From the NCBI GenBank assembly GCA_963796285.1, contig CAWCKW010000012.1:256001-320000 (forward strand): 64,000 nt of DNA, read 5' to 3'. Each line of letters opens with the position of its first letter. Positions within the stretch are counted from its first letter, which is position 1. Of this stretch, positions 56,895 to 64,000 are shown one piece after another. The notes under the pieces were generated by a model. That model was not told the origin of the DNA and did not search any database. It saw only the letters and a list, made by a program, of their open reading frames with translations. The position numbers and the translations under genes are program-made. Source of the stretch: Nitrospirota bacterium. GTDB taxonomy: Bacteria; Nitrospirota; UBA9217.

Positions 56895-59261
56895 ATGAAA
56901 AATGACATTCTACGGCGGTTAAAGAAGAGCAACTTGTTAATTTATAGAAACTTTGCTTTGTTAACTGCGAAACTGGGGTTAGCTTTGGCGCTTGTGGCTT
57001 TCGCTGGTTGTGGCGGTAGCGGTGGAGACGGAGGCATAGCAGGGAGCGGACTTTATACTGTATCCGGTACGGTGAGCGGGCTCGTCGGCACAGTCATACT
57101 CCAGGATAATGGGGCAGATAATTTGAGTGTATCCGCAAACGGGGCATTCACGTTCGCGACAGGGATTGCCGACGGAGCGTCGTACATCGTCACGGTCAAG
57201 ACCCAGCCGTCGGGCCAGATCTGCACGGCAAGTAACAATACCGGCACGATCGCGGGAGCGAACGTGACGAACGTCTCGGTTGTTTGCGCTGTAAATACTT
57301 ATACGGTAGGCGGTACGGTGAGCGGGCTGACCGGCACGGTCGTACTTCAGGACAATGGTGCAGATGATTTGAGTATATCCGCAGACGGGATATTCACGTT
57401 CGCGACAAAGGTTGCCGAGGGAGCGGGGTACAACGTCACGGTCAAGACCCAGCCGTCGGGCCAGACCTGCACGGCAAGCAGCAATACCGGCACGATCGCG
57501 GGAGCGAACGTGACGAATGTCTCGGTTGTTTGTGCTACAAATACTTATACGGTAGGCGGTACGGTGAGCGGACTAACCGGCACAGTCGTACTCCAGGACA
57601 ATGGGACAAATGATTTGAGTATATCCTCAATCGGGACATTCACGTTCTCGACAAAGATTGCCGACGGAGCGGGGTACAACGTCACGGTCAAGACCCAGCC
57701 GTCGGGCCAGACCTGCACGGCAAGCAGCAATACCGGCACGATCGCGGGAGCGAACGTGACGAATGTCTCGGTTGTTTGTGCTGTAAATACTTACTCGGTA
57801 GGCGGTACGGTGAGCGGGCTAACCGGCACAGTCGTACTCCAGGACAATGGGGCAGATGATTTGAGTATATCCTCAAACGGGACATTCACGTTCTCGACAA
57901 AGCTTGTCGACGGAGCGGGGTACAACGTCACGGTCAAGACCCAGCCGTCGGGCCAGAACTGCATAGCAAGCAGCAATACCGGCACGATCGCGGGAGCGAA
58001 CGTGACGAATGTCTCGGTTGTTTGCGCATCATGGACAGGGACAAAACAGCTCGGCGTGTCAGCGGGAGATACACGAGCCTACGGCGTTGCCGTGGATTCA
58101 AGTGGCAATGTGTACGTGGCTGGCTGTACAGACGGCGGGCTGGACGGCAACACCCTTACGGGCACTACGGACTTTTTCGTCACCATGTACGATTCAGCGG
58201 GGAACAAGGTGCGAACAAAACAGCTCGGCGTGTCAGGGGAAGATACAGAAGCCTACGGCGTTGCCGTGGATTCATTGGGCAATGTGTACGTGGCTGGCTT
58301 GACAACCGGCGGGCTGGACGGCAACACCCTTACGGGCACTACGGACTTTTTCGTCACCATGTACGATTCAGCGGGGAACAAGGTGCGAACAAGACAGCTC
58401 GGCGTGTCAGGGGGAGATACACGTAGCCCATGGCGTTGCCGTGGATTCAATTGGGCAATGTGTACGTGGCTGGCTATACAGACGGCGGGCTGGACGGCAA
58501 CACCCTTACGGGCACTGAATGACTTTTTCGTCACCATGTACGATTCATCGGGGAACAAGGTGCGAACAAAACAGCTTGGCGTGTCAGGGCAACATACACG
58601 AAGCCTACGGCGTTGCCGTGGATTCAAGTCGGCAATGTGTACGTGGCTGGCTACACAACCGGCGGGCTGGACGGCAACACCCTTACGGGCCTAATGACTT
58701 TTTCGTCACCATGTACGATTCATCGGGGAACAAGGTGCGAACAAAACAGCTTGGCGTGTCAGGGGAGATACAGAAGCCTACGGCGTTGCCGTGGATTCAA
58801 GTGGGCAATGTGTACGTGGCTGGCTGCACAGACGGCGGGCTGGACGGCAACACCCTTACGGGCCTAAGGACTTTTTCGTCACCACGTACGATTCAGCGGG
58901 GAACAAGGTGCGAACAAAACAGCTTGGCGTGTCAGGGGAAGATACAGAAGCCTACGGCGTTGCCGTGGATTCAAGTGGCAATGTGTACGTGGCTGGCTTC
59001 ACAACCGGCGGGCTGGACGGCAACACCCTTACGGGCACGAATGACTTTTTCGTCACCACGTACGATTCAGCGGGGAACAAGGTGCGAACAAAACAGCTTG
59101 GCGTGTCAGGGGGAGATACAGAAGCCTACGGCGTTGCCGTGGATTCAAGTCGCAATGTGTACGTGGCTGGCTGCACAACCGGCGGGCTGGACGGCAACAC
59201 CCTTGCGGGCGTGTATGACTTTTTCGTCACCATGTACGATTCATCAGGGAACAAACAGTGA
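56895..59261 (+). CDS. Surface lipoprotein with 4 beta-sandwich repeats and 7 SBBP-type beta-propeller repeats (frameshifts in repeats 3-5)
   Basis: SD GAGGAGG, lipobox AFAGC, Gly linker, 82-aa repeats (YTVGGTVSGL..TQPSGQTC..NVSVVC), 58-aa repeats (AYGVAVDSSGNVYVAG..DFFVT.YDS.GN). Confidence 0.85.
57054..58030 (+). repeat. Four 246-bp tandem coding repeats
   Basis: Units start near 57054, 57300, 57546, 57792 and are nearly identical. Confidence 0.92.
58041..59258 (+). repeat. Seven ~174-bp tandem coding repeats
   Basis: acaaaacagct(c/t)ggcgtgtcag-type starts at 58041, 58215, 58389, 58566, 58741, 58914, 59088. Confidence 0.92.
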
Positions 59262-59272
59262 GTCAATGAATG

Positions 59273-59352
59273 AAAACCCCTCACCTTGCCCTATTCCGCA
59301 AACTCAGGGCATCCTCTCCACTCCGGGAAAGGATAAAGGTGAGGGGAGTTTT
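59273..59352. repeat. REP-like inverted repeat or terminator after the lipoprotein
   Basis: aaaacccctcacctt ... aaggtgaggggagtttt. Confidence 0.55.
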
Positions 59353-59740
59353 TTGCGCTGGTTCGATCTTGTAGATTGAACCAAAACGGGATGTCAAGGT
59401 GATAGTGGTGAAGTCTTTATTTCTCTTGCTTTTCAAGAGCAGATACTTTTTACCTTTTTAGATATAGTTATAGAATCAAAGAATGGAGAGTATCGCACAA
59501 CCTCCCCGGCCTGTAGTGACCCGCACTCGTGCTCTACTATAGCAAAGCTACAGGTCCGGGTGCCTGTCAGCAACCGGACTCAGAGGGCGACCGAAGTCGA
59601 TCTCGCCTCCTTTCGTGGCATATTTGCGGATGTTGTCGAATTTCGCACCCTTTTTAGCCTAAAAGTGTATATCCTTGCAAACCCAACCATGTTGTCCCAC
59701 ACATCCATCATAACCAGCCGCATAACATCACCAGGCACTC

Positions 59741-59768
59741 TTGACATGAGAAAATATTAGTGTATAAC
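59741..59768 (+). promoter_or_regulatory. Orphan sigma70-type promoter
   Basis: TTGACA-16 bp-TATAAC followed by GC-rich ccgcgc; no downstream + strand ORF. Confidence 0.45.
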
Positions 59769-59890
59769 TCCGCGCTTTTGCGTTTCGAGGGCACGCGCCG
59801 AGAACACGCCGTACCGATCTTTCCTATTCCAATACCGGCTTCCGAAAACCTACCGTTTAATATTGTGCACCCATTTCATGAATATTTTGT

Positions 59891-60124
59891 CTACAGCTTC
59901 CGGATGGATTTATCCTTAAACGTAAGGTGACCGTGCCAGACCCAGCCCAATTCCGGACGTATTATCAGCATGCCCGCGTAGTCTCGCCCGGTCTGTATCG
60001 GCTCCCAGTACGGACGTGGAACAACCTTCATCCTACCTGATAGCATGCGCTCATTAAAGTTCACGTTAATTTCACGTTCACTCAACAGCCTCACAATTTC
60101 GCCGGTGTCTGCTTCATGGGCCAC
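59891..60124 (-). CDS. Small hypothetical protein or gene remnant
   Basis: 77-aa ORF with plausible composition, no recognised motif. Confidence 0.3.
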   Translation of the reverse strand: MAHEADTGEIVRLLSEREINVNFNERMLSGRMKVVPRPYWEPIQTGRDYAGMLIIRPELGWVWHGHLTFKDKSIRKL

Positions 60125-60814
60125 TATGACGACATGTTCCGATAGACTTTCGGGGTATTCGCGAGCGCATCCTCAGGTATGATTTCGTGGCTGCGACCTT
60201 AGATCACCTATGGTCAATGCCTCCACACTGTGTGAAGAACGGAGTTAATTTACTTTAGCTCTGTGAATGTTCATAGATTATTGACTGGGTAGATGCGTTG
60301 TGGTAGTGTGATGCGTTTACAATGGGCATTTAAGGCTGAAGTGGTACTGCTCATACAGGCCATCTGTCGAGATTATTTACATTGTGTCCATTAAGGTATC
60401 CATAGTAGGGAGACTTTAATTTGATTTCCCGTTACCTGCAACTACCACGAACAGTAACGGGTGCGTTGTAATCGTTTTAATAACAAGCACTTAAATAATT
60501 TAAGTATTTGCCCGAAAAAAGCTATTTTTCATCAGGCCGATATCTAAACCAAAGAGCGCAGAAGGGATGCGGCCAGCCACAGATGTACTTTCTCCATGTA
60601 TTCAATTAATTATCTATTAGCTCTTTGATAAATATTGACATTATGACGGATAAAATGGTGATAATATTATTTAATTTAAAAATGTTACCATCCAAACTAC
60701 ACCTATTGTCAATTTTAAAAAGTAATTGCAAATATATATTGTCGGTTTTTCTTACGTTAAAATAAATTTTCAATAATAAAGATATAATAATATATAAATT
60801 CAATATGTTAATCA

Positions 60815-60831
60815 TTGGCATAGATTCTGCT
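60815..60831 (+). promoter_or_regulatory. sigma54 -24/-12 promoter
   Basis: TTGGCATAGATTCTGCT with exact GG-N10-GC spacing, in an AT-rich region upstream of PEP-CTERM genes. Confidence 0.7.
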
Positions 60832-60890
60832 ATAATACTAATGCAGTATTATAAATTATGTAATTTATTTAGTGGATCTTTAAGGAAAAG

Positions 60891-61001
60891 ATGTTCAGAA
60901 CTATCTCTACCATCAACTTCCGGTACCGATTAACCAAGATGCTTCTTTGATTTGCAGGCCTGAATGGCATAGCTGGCTTAAGGAGAGTCACAAAGAAGTA
61001 A
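60891..61001 (+). pseudogene. Decayed PEP-CTERM sorting-signal remnant
   Basis: PVP(frameshift)..KMLL*FAGLNGIAGLRRVTKK* aligns codon by codon with the intact tail MLFFGAGLIGIAIMRKK downstream. Confidence 0.6.
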
Positions 61002-61065
61002 TAATATTTTATCTTACGAGATGTGTTGGATTATTAGATTAATAATGATAGGCAAAAGAGGGAAC

Positions 61066-61236
61066 ATGAAAAAAAATAAATGGGTAGGGGTGCTTATAGT
61101 CATGAGTATCCCTTCTTTAGCATTAGCTAGCATGGGTTCCGATCCAGTTCCTGAACCAACATCAATGCTTTTTTTTGGCGCAGGTCTTATTGGTATAGCG
61201 ATCATGAGAAAAAAATATAAGGCTAAGAGTGATTAA
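61066..61236 (+). CDS. Minimal 56-aa PEP-CTERM protein
   Basis: SD-like GAGGG; MKKNKWVGVLIVMSIPSLALA-SMGSDP-VPEPTSMLFFGAGLIGIAIMRKKYKAKSD. Confidence 0.85.
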   Translation: MKKNKWVGVLIVMSIPSLALASMGSDPVPEPTSMLFFGAGLIGIAIMRKKYKAKSD

Positions 61237-61241
61237 AAAAG

Positions 61242-61286
61242 CCAAAAAATAGGGATGTTCTTATGAAGAACATCCCTATTTTTTGG
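61242..61286. terminator. Bidirectional intrinsic terminator
   Basis: Perfect 21-bp stem ccaaaaaatagggatgttctt-atg-aagaacatccctattttttgg. Confidence 0.85.
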
Positions 61287-61377
61287 TGCTCATTCCTTGT
61301 CACATAAATGAACGTAAATAAGTAAACTGTCAGGTCTAAAAGATAATTGTAGCCACTACATATAGATATTAAATTTC

Positions 61378-61406
61378 TTGACGCACAATATGTATTGTGT
61401 TAATAA
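61378..61406 (+). promoter_or_regulatory. sigma70-type promoter with palindromic spacer
   Basis: TTGACG-17 bp-TAATAA; spacer contains CACAATA-TG-TATTGTG. Confidence 0.5.
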
Positions 61407-61668
61407 TAAAGCAATAAAAAATGATTGTTGCTAATTAATAAAAAAAAGACTTTGATAGAGGAATGAAGGCATAAAATGCAGAGTGTTATCCTTATTATAT
61501 AGTGAGCGTATAATGTTTTTTTTTGATTCGAATCCCATGCACTGCTTCGCACGCGCTCATCGAAATCGGTATGCGTTTACTGCAGAATTTGACATGGTTT
61601 CCCTTTCTCATTTAGGGTTTAAAAAATGTTCTTCAACGACGGATACGCAGTACGTCGGAGGCACAGAG

Positions 61669-63699
61669 TTGAACGCGATTACCGGAGAACACCTGAAAGA
61701 TCTCTTCGCGACTGAGACATGGCAGGACCAATTTACAGCCCTTTCCGATAGCCTTGGATTTTCTCTAAGCATCTATTCGCAGACTGGAACGAAGCTCTTC
61801 GCTCCGATTACGCGCTCATCCTCTCTGTCAGGGGTTTCGCTCGTCTTCCTCCGAATTCAACGTCGCAGTGTGAATCTTATTGTCATCCCTTCATGATGAA
61901 CACGATCTCGAAGGGAAAACCCGATGTCTATAAATGTTATGCAAAGATCATGACCTTCGCCCTCCCGATCGAATACATGGATGAACGCGCAGTGGTCTTG
62001 GGACAGGGTTCATTCTCTTCTTACGAGGATTTTCGTGAATGCATGAATCTTCTGAGTGCCATCGGTCTTGACACGATTTCCATAACAACGCCGCTCACGT
62101 TTACCAGCGTCGAACATACCTGGAAGGTTATCGGGTTTAGTCGCTGACTCCGTGGGCCGACTTCTCAAAAACGCCCAGGAAACCGTTACTCTCAGGAGGA
62201 AGATCGAGAGCCTGAAAAGTATTATCGGGAAGTGGGGTTCTTCGGCAGAGGAACGATCTGAAACGCTTTATAAAGAGATGATAGACAAACTGTCCTCACT
62301 GCTCGACATCGATGGCATTGCCATTCTTGTCTTTGACCGAAAACAGAAAAGCTATTTGAGCCTCTACAGTCTGTCGAGAAGCAGCGGTCCGTCCGAGACC
62401 ATCTCTATCAGCGAGCATGATACCATCGTGCAGGATCTTGCCAGCGGCAAACCGTTTGTTCTTTCAGCTGAACCCGTAGAAGATCCCAGGGCTGATTTCC
62501 TGAACGGAATGGGGGCCCTTTATTTTTTCCCCATCATGGTTTTCAAAAAATTGGAAGGGATCCTGCGGATAACCGACCGGGTTCTCAAAGAGAGTGATAA
62601 ACAGATCCTCATGGCATACTGCCAGCAGACCGCTCTCTCCATAGAGAACCAGCGTTTGCACCAGGACCTCGATAAAAAATTTGACCGGTTTGCCGCGAGT
62701 TTCGGAACTGACAAAGACAATGACGCACATTCGGGATTATGAAACACTGCTCCAGACGATCCTTGATAAATCCGCAGATCTGCTCAAGGCCGAGCAGGGG
62801 TCTCTCATGCTGGTGGACCACGAGACCGATGAACCTGCTCGTGGAGGCAAAAAAGGGAAACATCGAAGAGGTGACGGAAAAACTCAGGATCAATCGGGGC
62901 GAAGGCATAGCCGGCAGGGTGGCGGAACTCGGCGAGGCCATCCTTGTCGAGAACCTTGAAGATGATCCGAGAGTGATGCAAAAAAACAGGCAGCATTATA
63001 AAACACGATCATTTGTCAGCGTACCGCTCAAGATCGATGATCGTATCATTGGCGTGCTCAACCTGTCGGACAAGATGTCCGGCGAGGTGTTTGATGAGGA
63101 AGACCTGAAACTCATCCAGTCTTTTGCGACCCATGCCGCCATTGTCATGGAGCGGAATGTTTTCTATCATAGATCGGAGGAGCTTAAAAAGCTGACAATA
63201 ACCGATTCCCTGACTGGTCTTCTGAACCGGAGATACCTGTATGAGACGGCTGAAGGATGAAGTGGCCCGGTCCGAACGATATAGCCACCACCTCAGCCTT
63301 CTCATGCTGGATCTGGACGGATTCAAATATTGCAATGACACGTTCGGGCATTTTTTGGCGACAAGATGCTCAAAGACATAGCGGAAGCATTACAAAACAC
63401 GGTGCGGTCCATGGATATTGTGGCGCGGTACGGAGGAGATGAATTCATGGTGATCCTTCCCGAGACCGCCGAAGCTTTGGCGATCGATATCGCGGAACGA
63501 TTGCGGAGCAATGTGGCAGTAGAAGGCGGTGCTTCCTCAGGAAGCAGCGGATAAGGGACCACATCCGCTTACGGCCAGTATCGGCATTGTCTGTTATCCC
63601 GACCACGGGAAAACGATTGAACTCCTGCTCGAGAACGTTGACAAGGCATTGTACCGCGCCAAGAACAAGGGAAAGAACAGGATCGAGGTGTTCTCATAA
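61669..63699 (+). CDS. PocR-like sensor + GAF + GAF + GGDEF diguanylate cyclase (multiple frameshifts)
   Basis: KPDVYKCYAKIMTFALPI; GEGIAGRVAE..VPLKIDDRIIGVLN; TDSLTGLLNRRY; RSMDIVARYGGDEF; AKNKGKNR. Confidence 0.85.
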
Positions 63700-63700
63700 G

Positions 63701-64000
63701 ATGCCATTCAGTTCACTCCAGAAAAAGGATTTTTTCGGAAGACAGGTAGAGCTGGCCAGCCTCTACAAGAGGGTCCTCCAGGCGGACAGTGGTCAGGCGC
63801 AAAGCATTGTTCTGTCCGGACGCCGCGGCATCGGGAAAACAGAGCTGCTCAAACATCTTTTCGGCCAGCTATTCTTAATCAGGACCGAGCAGTTCCTTTC
63901 CTGTATGCAGTCAATCCTGCGCTGTTGTCTGTAACTGCCTTTTCCAAAATCCTATCTGAGCCAGTTTATTTGCCAGAGACTCGCCTTTGAAAAAAAAGAC
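63701..64000 (+). CDS. P-loop AAA/archaeal-type ATPase, 3' partial
   Basis: FFGRQVEL..VLSGRRGIGKTELL (Walker A). Confidence 0.75.

Noticed and set aside
57054-59258. CRISPR array or diversity-generating retroelement
   Set aside because: The repeats are contiguous coding units without spacers; variation is not adenine-specific; no cas or reverse transcriptase gene in the window
59542-59557. c-di-GMP-I (GEMM) riboswitch suggested by GCAAAGCTACAGGTC
   Set aside because: The upstream GNRA-capped P2 stem and GAC junction are missing
60965-60980. Second sigma54 promoter (TGGCATAGCTGGC)
   Set aside because: GG-GC spacing is 8 rather than 10; the sequence is explained by the relic PEP-CTERM codons

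Overview
Chromosomal window from a moderately GC-rich bacterium, probably an anaerobe of the Nitrospirota/Desulfobacterota type (inferred from gene content). Many genes, including essential pheS/pheT, carry single-base frameshifts that look like long-read consensus errors. In order: LysM tail of a lytic transglycosylase, PAS histidine kinase, dnaE, tRNA-Cys; a putative RiPP peptide-signalling locus (TonB receptor, an unannotated 51-aa precursor with a (KKKAT)n histone-H1-like leader and a CCSFGPTRFI core, geopeptide-type radical SAM/SPASM maturase, ABC-type binding protein, HisKA_3 kinase, NarL/LuxR regulator) followed by c-di-GMP genes; archaeal/spirochaete-type PheRS; a ~30 kb type II FAS/PKS lipid cluster combining aryl-polyene-like assembly/export genes with ladderane-island-like genes (3 KS, 2 CLF-like, 3 ACP, 4 B12-radical SAM, a radical SAM-dehydratase fusion); rhomboid; a zinc-ribbon/REC/RomX-like fusion; tRNA-Pro, rpoS, tRNA-Arg; a tandem-repeat beta-propeller lipoprotein; an AT-rich islet with a sigma54 promoter, a decayed and a minimal PEP-CTERM gene; a GAF-GGDEF protein; and the start of an ATPase. 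Family names come from motif recognition and memory, not database searches.
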